A stretch of 63,051 bases of DNA, counting the filler, from Platydemus manokwari (Eukaryota): NCBI GenBank assembly GCA_037951405.1. It is 6 parts of 6 records of this genome, joined end to end, with 100 filler letters (N's around TTAATTAATTAA, not from the genome) between each part and the next. Parts side by side here need not be neighbours in the genome. Positions count along the whole stretch, not along the records: positions 9,562 to 18,412 come from JBBMOY011339316.1; positions 18,513 to 31,247 come from JBBMOY011983600.1; 4 more parts are not named here. One strand, written 5' to 3'. Below are positions 14,140-26,722 of the stretch, piece by piece. Position 1 is the first letter of the stretch. Every line of letters begins with the position of its first letter. The notes below the pieces were generated by a model. It did no database searches. It was not told the DNA's origin and saw nothing but the letters and a program-made list of their open reading frames with translations. A program made the position numbers and the translations under genes.

Positions 14140-14309
14140 ACCACATGGCATTTCAAAATATCAAATCGACATCTTCTCCACTAACTTTCAAAACCTCTCG
14201 ATTTAATTTACTATTTATCGAAATCAATTCTACATGAAATTTCTCCATTCAAATTCTTTATTCCTTATTCTTATAATTGTGCGGGGTCTCCCTTGCATTT
14301 TATTATAAG

Positions 14310-14922
14310 AAATCTAGAGAAGCTTTAATTTCTTGATTGTTAATATTCTTATTTCTTTCGCTTTCCCTTGTTCCTCTACCACATTGTAACTCATTTTCTT
14401 CTATATAAATTTTACAACTTTCCATTGTACTCTCTTTTCTGATTCTATATCATCGTTGTTACCGGTTACAATTTGTTTTCCTACTTTCCAATTTTTTTGT
14501 TCTGGGCACTGCCTTTAGTTTTTTTTTGTTTATTTTATTTAAATTACTTATATTATAAATATCAATATGACTACTTATACTCACGTTATCTAGCTCAGAC
14601 ATAGATTTACTGTTGCCCCGATACACTCTCCTGGAGTCGGAGCGTTCTCTTTTGGGTGTTCTTCGTTGTATTCTGAATCCGATTCTTGTTCGACCACCGC
14701 TACTTCTCTATTATTTCGGTTCATCATTCTATAATTTTGTCTCTTGAAATCCTGTCTGTTTTCATTTATTCTATTATTACCCTGTCTGTGTTCAATCCTT
14801 CGCTGGATTATTGATGTTCCTTGCTTGTAGTTGGACCGTTGTTGTCCCCTTTTCTCTAAATTTGTGTAGCGTGCAGGTGAACAGGATTCTCTATATGCCA
14901 ATTGTTTTACTGGAAGACCCAA
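14310..14922 (-). mobile_element. LTR retrotransposon (Gypsy-like) gag-end and protease-start remnants
   Basis: The 14590-14922 ORF is N/R/Q-rich, then acidic, ending KENAPTPG, like a Gag C-terminus. Downstream are RQCPEQ (knuckle end) and NINNQEIKASLD (start of an aspartic-protease LD(T/S)G region). Confidence 0.5.
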
Positions 14923-15927
14923 CAGTAAGAACCACTCGTGTAAAAATACTCACGATATAATATATTGGAGCGTTTATCTCTTATTATCAGCCTTTCGCTC
15001 AATCATCTTGAAAGGTAACTGGTTCTGCTTCACGAATAAGAGTACGTTTACCGTTTCTTTATCCAGGAGTTGTTAATGTCCGTTATAGGTTGCTGTATAG
15101 TGCAGTTTTAAAATCCATTGTAATTTTTATTTGATCATTGCTCATCAGTTGTGTATTATTAATAAACATTTGTAGTAGCGATTTCAGTTATTGTTCACAT
15201 AGGTTTCATTGTTCATTATCATTGGTATCATCATAGCTTAAATAGGTTATATAAGTTGAGACTGATAGCTTGTGTGAGGTGAAGGACCATCAACATAAGG
15301 TAGATTACACCTGTGGCCTTAATCAAGGTCTCATAGAGACTGATTAAGACAATAGCGGTATGAAATCGAATTAAGCGTATTAAAACAATATCATCAATAA
15401 GGCCCGAACGTAGTAATAACAAGTCAGCATAATAATAATCAGCACATTCCTTATATGAGTATTTTAAATCTGGTATAGTTAGGTCTTTCATTACAAATAG
15501 CCAATCTAATTAATATGTCAATTAAAACAACAATTTCATTGATCAAAAATTATTTAAAGTAATGTTAAAGATAAAAATAAATCAATATCTATGCAAATTG
15601 ATTATTTCTAACAAATTCAAATCAATATTTGGAAAATTTATTTCCCGATCTTGAAGTCAAACTTATTTCTTTATAATCTAATGTCTAAATTATAAAAATT
15701 CATTATTATAAATCGTAAACATATTTTTCGACCATGTCGTCTGGCATGTGCAAGTTGTTTGTTTTGGATTATTAATTGTATGTCAAGCTTTGGATTATTT
15801 ATCAGCAAAATTATCTTAAAATAATTATTCATTTCAATATTTACTCAACAGGATTATATTTTTGCAATTCCCATTTGTAACAGGCTTTCTTATTCCTTCA
15901 TAAACTTTGGTTCGGAGTGCCTACACC

Positions 15928-16320
15928 TCATATGATTTCTGTTTTTAGGAAAGCTCTGTGCTGAAGGCAGCTTAACGACATTTCCAAAATTAGACGTGAA
16001 ATAAAATATGTATATATTTGACTACAAACTGAATTTATGTCTTTTTGGACCCCATTAATTATTATTTTATCATTACGGTATACATTATCGATTGACAGTA
16101 TCTTTAAGCTAAATCTGAATTGAATAAAAAGTCTGCTTTCTTCTGGCTTTATAAAGAGATTAAATAACAAATCAATATAATAATATTGTTGTAAATAAAG
16201 TTGAGTTAAGGGAACAATTATTTTTTTATATTACTCCATCAATAGAGTTATTATAATTTGTTTTTTCAAATTGTTTTGATACAATTTACAAATTGCAAAA
16301 TTTATCATTTTCGATGATTA
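15928..16320 (-). pseudogene. Possible Maverick adenain-type cysteine protease remnant
   Basis: RNDKIIINGVQKDINSVCSQIYTYFISRL resembles the Q....S.VCGQYC+YF catalytic-Cys region. The HW motif is not clearly recoverable. Confidence 0.28.
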
Positions 16321-16389
16321 AAACAAAAAATTTATTATTTTTATTCGTTCAGTCGAAATTTCGGATTTTTGATGAGTAAAGTAAAGATG

Positions 16390-16800
16390 CACTACAACCC
16401 CAAACTTGGAACATTGTCAAACTGGGACTTTCTTAAACTGGACATCCTGAAACTGGAACATACTTGTAGCTTATAATTTTACTATAATTTTAGAAGAACG
16501 GATAATTGTGTTTTGTTTAAATATTATTGACCACCATTTTTTATTCCGAAAATAAATCAGAGAATTCTTATTCAAATGTTCAAAGTGAAATTTATAAACA
16601 GATATCATTGGTGGATGCAAAGAAGTCAATGGAGACTCTGCTCAAATTAACAGAAAATAATTCTTGTTTTACAGAAAACTACCTTATGCAAGCATATGAG
16701 TTGCAAAGAGTAATAGCTAAGCAGAAGTTTCAAAGCCGTCGAAATTCCTACCTTCGTAGTATTGTTCAACAAATGAGTCAGTGATTGATGAACTCGAAGG
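16390..16800 (+). mobile_element. pogo/Tigger-like remnant (subterminal repeats and transposase C-terminus)
   Basis: Four short AAACT(T)GG-type direct repeats at 16402-16460. The ORF segment ISLVDAKKSMETLLKLTE...ELQRVIAKQKFQSRR resembles the Tigger transposase C-terminal helix. Confidence 0.4.
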
Positions 16801-18412
16801 AGAAGAAGCCAGCACAATAAATGAATAAATATTTTGCGTAGTTATAAAACTAATCACCTGTAAAATTAAATATCCATAAACTTGGTTAAGCAGTCAATAG
16901 CTAAAAAGATATAAAATGACTAGATATAAAATCACTAGTTACTCAGTTTGGAGAATACGTTTCTTTATTTAAGCATATAAAATGCATTTATGATTTAAAT
17001 CTCAGTATCTGTAATTATGTACATACATTGAAAGTTTTGGGAGTTGTAGTCTTTTGAGTTGAATGAATCAGAAAATAAGAATCAGCCTTAATTAATAAAT
17101 TCTTCATAAACTTACATTTAAAAAAGAAAATCGAATTTCATAATTCATAACATTGTTAATAAGTTTTGAAATTTTTTTCAAATTGAATTTGTTTAAACTC
17201 GAAGAAATTTCAAAATTGTTATCGAAACTGTGACCAGGTTTTAAATTTCACGATTGTCTTTTATACCATATAGTAAATGCTTGAGCAACTTTTTGCCGAG
17301 GTAATTTATATATTATTTTTTGTAATTCAGTGTTAATGTGTCTTGCTTTGTTTTGGTAAGATTTCATTTTTATCAAAATATCTTTGAAGTCAACTAAATT
17401 CACAAAACATTATTTACGAATCTTAATTATCTCTTAGAATTATAATTTTAAAAAAATATTTTATACCTTTTAAATAATTTAATAAATAATTCTAAGTCAT
17501 GAAAAGTTAAAATTATGAAGTTATTAACTATTGGCACCTGCATTATAATGTATTTCTACAATGAGTTTTCTAGCAATTTTAGTGTTATTGGTGACTTGCT
17601 ATCACTTAACAAGGCTAATAACATAATCAGTGCTTAAAGAATTTGATGTGTCATCTATTTAATTAATACATGAGAATAAATTTGTATGAAAAGAAGTACC
17701 TCTAACTTTATCAATCGATAATATATAATGTTTTCATCGAATCATTTTATATAAATGGTGCACTGATTATTTATTACCTTAATTTATGGCTTCCATCCTC
17801 AATATGTAAAATTTGATATTTAATTGTTCATTAATGAATTTGTATATTTACTGTTTTGATCGCATAATAATTCCTAAATTATTGAGTTGATTTTATTGGA
17901 TATTTATAACTAATATGATAGAATGATAATTTTGGGGAAATATTTTCCTGATCTCACTATTGGGACAATAAATACGAGAAATGCTTTTCTATTTTTCGGA
18001 ATTGATATCGATAATCCTCACCAATCTAATTATCAGTGATAACATTGTATTTCAGTGTGTTTATCAATTGAAAAAGTGTTAACAGGGCTGTATATAGAGT
18101 ATATTAAATCGCTAAATTTTATTTTGAATAATATTATTTGTCTTGTTTTACGTTGAATGTGCTTCTTACTTCCTTGAATCTTTAACACTACAAATTGTTT
18201 GATGCACCACTTGTCTGACGTTAAAATTATTTTAAAATTTGTTTATCCCATGAATTCCTGTAATTTTCATATTTTTAAAATTTACTCGCAATTACTACTT
18301 TACTGTTTATATTAAAAGTAGAGGTTTAGTAATTTAGTTACTATGGTGACGATGTTTATTTTGATCAGATTAATTACAGAATTTAAGATAATTTTGTGAT
18401 AAGCTATTACTT

Positions 18413-18512
18413 NNNNNNNNNNNNNNNNNNNNNNNNNNNNNNNNNNNNNNNNNNNNTTAATTAATTAANNNNNNNNNNNNNNNNNNNNNNNNNNNNNNNN
18501 NNNNNNNNNNNN
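18413..18512. other. Artificial contig linker
   Basis: N44-TTAATTAATTAA-N44. Confidence 0.97.
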
Positions 18513-18789
18513 GACAACTACATTTAAACAAAATTTAATTAATATTTTACAAAATTTTTTATAAAACATCTCAATTTATATTTAAATTTCATTTAACATT
18601 TATCGGACATCCAGGTAAATGATATTTTAAATATTTATCAAACATTTCAATATCTTGTTAATAGCATTGTATGCTATAAATTTCTTTTGTTTAAATGAAA
18701 GGTTTATTAAATCTATATAATTTAATGGGCAATTCATAAAGTTAATGAAGGACACAGTGATAAAATAGGTAATAAACATCCATAAAGAG

Positions 18790-19414
18790 GTGATAAAACG
18801 CAACCACGTGCGGAACTCGAAGTTCAAAGCAAAATCATGTTGTGCGTGTTTTGGGACCAAGTTGGAGTTATTCATCTTGCCATGAAACCAAACAATCAAT
18901 GGCGAACTGTATTATAAACAAGCAAGTAAATACTGCTATCAAAGCGAAGAGGACCAATAAAGAGTACACCATTTTTGCAACATGACAATGCTTGGCCTCA
19001 TGTTACCACAATGACAAAGTTGGCTATTGAAGAGCTTGGCTGTGAAGTGCTTCCCCATCCTCCATATTCGCCCGACTTTGCTCAACAGATTTTTATCTTT
19101 TCCGCTCCATGTCAAACCATCTTTCTGGTCTCACATTTGAAAACGAAGAAGCATTAACAACGTGGATTGAAGAATTTCTCGCCCAAAAATTACCAAGCCT
19201 CTGCAAAAGTGAAATTAGCAAGCTTCTAGACTGTGGAAAAAAGTAATCGATTGTGGAGGAGAATATATCAACGATTGAGACTGAGATATTTGTTTTTTCT
19301 AATGATTTCATAAATTCATTTTGTTATCCGGAATTTTTTGCATGGTTTTTATTCTTGATCAGTATGCATTTTTCATAATTGTAAAAAACCGCAAGAACTT
19401 ATGCACCAATCCAA
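18790..19414 (+). mobile_element. Mariner (DD34D) transposon, 3' part with right TIR, degenerate
   Basis: KIMLCVFWDQVGVI, LQHDNAWPHV and LPHPPYSPDFA motifs. Right TIR CCGCAAGAACTTATGCACCAATCCAA followed by TA. Frameshifts present. Confidence 0.92.
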
Positions 19415-19429
19415 TATATTAAGAAAAAA

Positions 19430-20200
19430 TGGTAGAATGGCATAAAAAGGAAAAACAGCAATAAAATGAGCCAAATTATTTTTGAAGGCAAGTAATGACA
19501 TCAAAATGTTCATTGTGATTGACAGAAAAAAATGCAATTACTGTTAAAGGATTGCATTGAAATGGTTCGTAAAAATGATAATTTAATATCCCCGTCGTTC
19601 TGATGGAAATACTTGAAGAAGAAACTCTACAGAGTAGTGACTAGCTAAATGAACTGCACAAATTATAGGCATTTAACAGTGCTAACTCGGCAAGTTGTGT
19701 TGATTGAAGATTTTATTTTAAGTAACCTTGAAAATTTCAAAACAGGAGCTCTTCGTTATTTAACTCCATGATGAGAAATGTCATAGACAGATGAGACATA
19801 CAAGGTATAAAAATAATTTATTTTTAAGAAATTTTACTCTTAAAATTTAATCGAATCTACAGATTTTATTGATTATTTGTTCGGTACCTACTAATAAACT
19901 GGCGCATGTTCTTGTCAGAACACGAAATATTTTATTTGGTATTTGTGTCCATTGTAAATTAAAGGCTTTGTCATTAGAATTTATTCACCAAAGAGAAGCC
20001 AAGTTGTTTGAAATCTTGGTCTACTTAGATCAAGATCTTATCAAGTATATTAATTAAGTGCCAGCTAATCCACCAATTGAGGAGATTACTGCTTATTGGA
20101 AAACATATGAGATATTAGGAAACTATTTGTTTTTTCTATTTTCTACAGCCAAGCCTTTTTGGCTGTATTTGTACCTATCATATTTGTCATATATAAGTAA
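19430..20200 (-). pseudogene. Decayed 3' half (TM7-TM11 region) of SLCO copy A
   Basis: Fragmentary OATP-like segments in the expected order with stops and indels: AVISSIGGLAGT*LIY...NNLASLW, CASLLVG...IINK, INTTC (Kazal-like), LPSKII.GSFI (TM11-like). Abuts the mariner TIR. Confidence 0.45.
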
Positions 20201-20310
20201 TATAATTCGATATTTGCAAGACATTAACTTTGCTTATTATCAACTACTTCTCAAATAAATATGGCTATTATCAATTTAGAATTATAAATCAAAACAGTAG
20301 GCAGTCATAC

Positions 20311-20538
20311 CAATTAATTCATTGATGATATTTGTTTTACTTTCTTGACAACTTTCAGATTCGTCATCTGATTCGCTCTCCCCGTATTCCTGGTCCAACA
20401 GATTTCTTTTATCCTCTTTACACTCGAGTTCATCTGTGGTTAACAATTCGAACTTTCGTTGATCATTATCCATTGTCCTTGTCAGCCGATTTCTTTTTAA
20501 AAGCAACATGAATGGTGCCGTAATCAAAACACAAAATC
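20311..20538 (-). CDS. slco: SLCO/OATP copy A, exon 3 (TM6 end and acidic central loop)
   Basis: Acceptor tacag|GA at 20538 and donor G|gtatga at 20311. Reads GFCVLITAPFMLLLK...IINELI, after a 52-bp intron. Confidence 0.8.
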
Positions 20539-20590
20539 CTGTACAGATTATTATTTAATTGATAATAATGGCATGAAATTAAAGTTTCAC

Positions 20591-20755
20591 CAAAAATCAT
20601 CCAACCAACCCACCAGGCTCCAATCCATTTCAAATCTTTCTGTCCGGGACCATATTGGTGAACCATTATCCGTAAACTTTCATGATATTTTAATATTTGA
20701 GATCCAATTAAAAATCCGAATATCGGCGAACAGGTTCTCGTCACAAATAGAATAC
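20591..20755 (-). CDS. slco: SLCO/OATP copy A, exon 2 (165 bp; carries the OATP signature)
   Basis: Acceptor cattag|GT. Reads ILFVTRTCSPIFGFLIG...DLKWIGAWWVGWMIFG, matching the OATP signature D-x-(R/K)W(I/V)GAWWxG. Confidence 0.9.
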
Positions 20756-21069
20756 CTAATGAACAAACATAATATCTGCTTTATTCGGTTTTCCACCAAC
20801 TTAATTACAATCTATCTAACACGGCAATTTCTTATTAAAATATAGAGGACATTATAGTAATATCTTTATCTTTATATCTTATTAAATTCGTTTTCAAATC
20901 GCATATAACGAAATCTTAGCATCTAATAATACTCATGGTAATAATAGGTATAATAATTGTCATAATAAGAGCAATTATATTATTAATAATAATATGAAAG
21001 TTAATACTAATAATTCTAATAATGAATTTTAATTAAATATTTTAAAACTTAAATAAAATAATTAATTAC

Positions 21070-21643
21070 TAATATAAATTCCACTTTTCGCTGGTCCAGC
21101 TAAGTCATCCAAAAAACTTATTCCAATTGACCAATGAGGAGTAGAAGAAATCCCACTGAGAATACCAGCAAATATTAAAATGAAAAACGTTAACGATTTT
21201 TCACGGGAATTTATCTCACTACTTATATCACTGCCGAATGAGCCTTGCATTAAATCGGTTCTGTTGTCGAAACAGAGATCTTTCTCATTGGTTATATTTG
21301 AATGCAATAACGATTCGAAATTGTATTTGGATCCATACAAAAAATATGGCACTGTGTACACCATACAACTGATACACGATAAGATCCCACTGAGAAACAG
21401 CATGAGAGGTTGTCGATTTTTCTTGGAACCGAAATGAGTAACAACAATCACTGATGTCAAATATCCAATATCGTTTGATCCCATCAGAACACCGAGTTCC
21501 ATTGAATTGAAATCGAATCGTTTTTCCAAAGTCGTCAACACTGAACTGATATAAGTCACTGTTGCTCCAGAAAAGAACATAAATATTGCCATGAAAAGCA
21601 AAGCAAATCGAACATCCGTTATTGAGCATTTGCCAGTATACAT
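21070..21643 (-). CDS. slco: SLCO/OATP copy A, exon 1 (TM1-TM4)
   Basis: Motifs YISSVLTTLEKRF, SNDIG, HFGSKKNRQP, IGISFLDD...KSGIYI. Phase-1 donor A|gtaatt at 21070. Confidence 0.92.
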
Positions 21644-22086
21644 GGCAATATATCAATGTAAGATCAGAAATTAGCGATCTTCAATTATTTTAACCAGTTT
21701 TGTCATGCAACCTGTTGACCTTTGCATACATGCTATTGCTGATTGAAACAAAATAATCAATATTCACTGTTCATGAATAGAACTTGTATTAATAATTACA
21801 TTGAAATTTAGTTTACAGATTTTGGTCATTATTTGTGTAAACTATGTTCGATTATAATTAAAAATAATTTATTAAAAATGATTTAGGCATGACTGTGTGT
21901 CTGACATTGCATACTGATGTGTTCATAAATCATGATTATGTTATTGGCACTTGTCTGTATTCACAGTTAATTTCGTTTTGTATATAATTAATATAAGTTT
22001 TTTGTAATTAAATAATAATATGGATCAATTCACAATTTTAAAGAAACCCAATTAAAGGCTTTCAAATCAACGAATACAGTTTAGGC

Positions 22087-22453
22087 CAGTGGTATGCACA
22101 TTTTTTGTGTTGCTACCCACTTTACGAGTCCAAATTTTTTCGCGACAGCTAGGGACTTAAAAATAATCAAATAAATTTTTTTAATAAAAATTTTTTTAGC
22201 ACCAAAAAATTAATATATTTAATAATAACAACGATTTTGCATCAAATCGTGGCTATACTTCGATTATGGCTGGTATTAGTACTAATTCCAGATCTTTAAA
22301 ACTGAATCAATGATTTGTCTTAATATAAGTCAGTGTCGAAAATGATTTTTCACACAAATAAGTAGAAGCAAAAGGAAAAAAAGGAACTCAAGACCATTAA
22401 AAAATTTTTCCTGACCCACTAGTGGGTCGCATCCCCCCTTTTGAAAAACACTG
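22087..22453 (-). mobile_element. hAT (Buster/Charlie) deletion derivative
   Basis: Ends CAGTGG... and ...GGGTCGCATCCCCCCTTTTGAAAAACACTG. Minus strand encodes the Buster C-terminus PFASTYLCEKSFSTLTYIKT...PRFD. The TSD is only partly conserved (GTTTAGGC / GTTTGAAA). Confidence 0.85.
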
Positions 22454-24419
22454 GTTTGAAAAGATAAAAAATTGCATATTGATACTGAATGCCGTGTTGA
22501 TTTATTGGTTTTTACATTTTACACTTCAGTGTTTTAATTGTCTAACAAAATAAATACTTCGAAATTGTCATGTCTGATTAACTTTTTTAATGGCATAAAA
22601 AATTGGAGCATCTGAATATGTGTTTTATTATTTGTTTAAAAGTTTGATCAACAGGGTATAAGCAATCACTAATCTCTGACCTCGTTAATTATATTGCAAA
22701 AATCGAGCTACCAGAGGAACATTTAAATGGTGTAGCTCTTTAATTAATAGAATGAATAATGTGTGAACAAATCAATTCACCTTAACGATGAGTTAACTAA
22801 GAGTCATGGCTAAAATAAGATTCCAATATAATTCCATTCATCGAACTAAAGAAAAGTCCCTACAAAGAATGAGTCAGTTGGATAACAAAATCCACCATAT
22901 AAGATTTACATGGAAGTGAGTTCCTGGTTTTTCATCACAAATGATAATTACCTAATTTAAAATTATTAGCGAAGATTTGAAATGGTTCCCTTTGTGGTTT
23001 AAACATTTTATTAAATTTTCAAATGAATTTGAGTTGAAGGGATTTTTGAATAAAACTGATTTCATTAAACCAAATCTGATAGAATCCTATTGTGATATCG
23101 AATATAATCAGAGATAAAGTATCTGAGAAAACCTCAATCAAAAATTGCTGTTAGTAATCTATTCTGACGTTGTTTGGTGTCATATTAGGATATAGAATTA
23201 GGTTCTTTTCAAAATCATTATTTGTCCCATAAAAGATTAGCAATGGTTATTTGTTGAATCGGTATATGTTGATAATAGATCACTTCATTCTTTCTCATTT
23301 TATCATATAGATTTATAATAAAAGAACTTTAGAGGGTTCTTTTTTAATCCAAGAATTTATTGATTTGTACGAAATTAGAGTATAAATCTAAAATTATGTT
23401 GAAAATAGATTCATAATTTTCTATATTATTTCCAAAATCGCCAGTATTTATAAGCATTTTGCGGTTATTTTTAAATTTATTCAGATAAGGATATCTGCTC
23501 TCAGAATTCTGAAAGTTTAATGCGAATCGGGAAAATATTAACAAACCTTATCTATTGCAGTCATATAATTCGATATTTTTGCACATTATAATTTCTATTT
23601 TTATTTTCATCATTTTCTATTATTTGTATTTCATTCATTACATTTATTTCATTTTTCTGTCATTTCAGTTTGTTTTTCCTGGCCTAATGTAAATTTTTCA
23701 AATCAATAACTTAAAAAATCATTATCGAACGTGTTGATTCTATCAACACTTGATGAAGAAAACAAAAAAAAATGAAAATCATTATGAATTCTATTACTAA
23801 AATTGGCAGAAATAATTTTTATCTGTTTATGGTTCTACAATTTATTGACTTATTCTCTTCAAATTTTATATTTTTGTAAGTTCTGAAGTGGAGTTTCTCT
23901 TGCACTGATATTCATATTTAGCCAGCTGTTTGGAGCCATGAAATTATGTTATAATTGGCAAATCTGGATATAAAATTTTAAATGAGTAACATTAAGAAAA
24001 CACGTGTAAAAATGATTTGATTCGTCGTTAAATTGTTAAAAATAATTGCTTTTAAATGATTGACATTTCTGACACGTATTCACTGGTAATGCACATAAAT
24101 ATATTTATAAATATTCATATAAATTGATAATAATTCAATTTATTATTATTATTTTATTTTTATAAAATTTATCTTGACTAGAAATTTGTCTTGGATAGAT
24201 TTTAAAAAATAATTTTAATCGAAAGTCATTTTGAAACAATTTTTGTGAAGCTCAAGTCGAAATTGCAAAAATTGTAATCTTCGGCTAAAGTTAAGAAAAA
24301 GAGACGTTCTTAAACAAAATTTAAATTTGTTTACTGCACTGCAAAAATCTATGTAATTTAATTAATTATACTTGTGATCAAAATTTTGAATTTTTCATTT
24401 AAGTACTTAAGAAAAATTT

Positions 24420-24590
24420 TCGTTATTTGAAATCAAATATTATACACACTAGTACCTTGAAAAAAATTTTAAGTTGATTATTGGAAAACGAGTCAAAGTA
24501 GGTCGTATCGCATTTTATTGGAAATAAGCCATGCCCCGTTTTTAAAAATTTTTAGGCAAATTAAGAAATACTTTAAATTTTTACAATTAT
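24420..24590. repeat. Dispersed AT-rich repeat, similar to about 59130-59290
   Basis: Shared blocks AAATCAAATATTA...TTGATTATT.GAAAA.GAG.TCAAAGTAGGTCG.AT.GCA.TTTATTG.AAAT...TTTTACAATTAT. Confidence 0.6.
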
Positions 24591-25176
24591 TTGATTAAAA
24601 CAAATAACATGAGTAGATTTCTGCAAAGACTCTTATTAGTTGTCTATTATGATTCTATTACAATTTGTTTAAAATGCTCTTCATCTTTCAAAGATCCTGC
24701 TAAGGGTTTGCGGAGATGTAGTGAAATATTTCATTTCCATGCTAATAATCCTTCTGCATCAGTAATGATTCTCATAAATCTTATCAATAATTTATTTGGC
24801 TTGAAATCAGTCAATATAAACTTCAACTAAGAAATAAATTCAAACAAAATTAAGCGACAGCACTGAATCCTAACCATCTACAAGCCTCAGAAATCTCATA
24901 CGGCCATTGGTTTAGGACTTATTATTTGAAAAATAATTGACTTATAATTAATTCATCATTACAAGTATAAATATTTATTCTGATATTAAATTTTATCTGT
25001 ATTCGTGGTACTAATTGTGTTCAATTATTATACCTTATTGATTCTATCACTTATTTATTTTATTTACAAATTAAAATTATTAGATATGTTTTAGCAAGTG
25101 GCGCTATTTAAGTCAGATAAATGAATAAAAATACTTTTATATTTTTCAGAGAATATTTTACATAAATACATATACA

Positions 25177-26157
25177 TGTGATGCGTTTTGGGGTCACTCT
25201 CTTTTCTTTTATATTTATTTGTTTTAATAGATCGATTTTACGACTTAATCAGTGCTCTGAGTCCGTTATTGACCCTCAGGTAGCAGTGAAACCTTATGAT
25301 CGACGATCACTTCTCATATGACGATAAGTGGATCGGCGTAGTAATCGATATTTGGTTTATTTAACTTTATCTTTCTGATTTTGATACTATTTTTTTCACT
25401 CGGTCCTTATCAGTCTCTATTTTATTTACTTAACCAAAATTATTCACAAATAGGCGATGAATGACAATGACGATCACTACTATGAATTTATGATACCTTA
25501 TATCAAATAACAATTCAACAAAGTCAACTCGGTTTATGGTTATGAAATCTTATTGTGATTACAATTATACAATTATCGGGCTATAAATTACTACTTTTAC
25601 TTTACTATTATACAATGAATACAATATACAACTATGGCTATGAATTACGACAAGTATGCAATTGATTTTAACAATACTTATATACACTCAAACGCTGGAA
25701 TAATTCGATGTGCAAATTCAATGGAAGCAGATGTTGGACAAAACAGTTACCCTTCGTGCTATTGGGTCAGTGTCCGTTTCTTCAGAGGTTTTTCCGAGCT
25801 CGGCTCGATAAATAGGGAGAATATGCGAGATAAATAAGAATATATTGATTTTACAGGAATTACTCTTACGTGATCTCGTCTTCGGATAGCTAATATTATT
25901 TAATACTCTTCCTTTAAGAATTATAGGGCATATGCTGGAACAACGGCTGCAGAGAGATTGACGGCTTTGACGGCACAAATGATCTTCTTCAGATATTAAG
26001 CTTCTTAACGCACTATCCTAGTGGTTTCAGTATAATAAGGCAAAGGCGTATGATTTTTCTACTGCCTTATATATGGTTTGGTGGACAATGGGATTTTATT
26101 CGGGATGAATTTAAAATATGCGAGTGCTTTTATTCTTTATTGTGACGAATTCTCACA
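25177..26157 (-). mobile_element. Probable solo LTR (about 980 bp)
   Basis: Begins TGTGA and ends TCACA. Flanks ATACA/ATTCA give a 4/5 TSD match. GC is higher than the flanks; minus-strand TATATAAG near 26070; no credible ORF. Confidence 0.6.
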
Positions 26158-26419
26158 ATTCAAAAGAATTTTTCTCACTGCCTTAGTTGCCTTGCGGGTT
26201 TTATTGTTGGGTATTATTTTAATTTCGGAAAAATAGGGGTTTAAAGGATTAGATTTTTTAGTCTTTGGGCAGAAAATGAAAATAATTAACTTATTTTTAT
26301 TTTAATTAATTCTATTTTATCAATTTATTCTAAGTTTTTAACCAAAAAAATTAACCAAATTTTATTCTAAATTATTATCATATTAAAATATGATAAAATG
26401 ATTTTCTACAATTATTATC

Positions 26420-26722
26420 TTTAATCGAAATACTTAATATTTTAACTAAAACATTTGATATTCCAATTTACGATAAAGATTATCTTAACTATTTTTATTT
26501 TTAACTTTGATTAAATATTATTATTATTCAACGAATAAAAACTGCCAATTGATTAAGGGTTTAAGGTTATTTTGTTTTCGAAAAAATAAACACAAGATAA
26601 AAAAAAGTAGGGTAATATTTGCACATCAGAATTATTTGCAAAAAATGATAAAAAGTAATACTATTATACACCAATATCATAGGCATGCAAAGTTTATTGT
26701 CTATTTTTCTCGGAATCCCAAC
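26420..26722. repeat. Dispersed repeat, similar to about 56170-56453
   Basis: Colinear similarity: TAATCGAAATA.TTAATATTTT...CAATTTACGA.AAAGATT...TTGATTAAATATTAT...GGTAATATTT(T)GCACATC...CTATTTTTCTCGGAA.CCCAACA. The shared end looks like an element terminus. Confidence 0.75.

Noticed and set aside
13788-14237. 149-aa ORF with repeated YIYKSISTKVYLQ
   Set aside because: It is the translation of a minisatellite whose unit has no stop codon on this strand; unit length varies in non-triplet steps.
21180-21656. ORFs 21180-21437 (+) and 21285-21656 (-)
   Set aside because: Shadow frames of the SLCO copy A exon.
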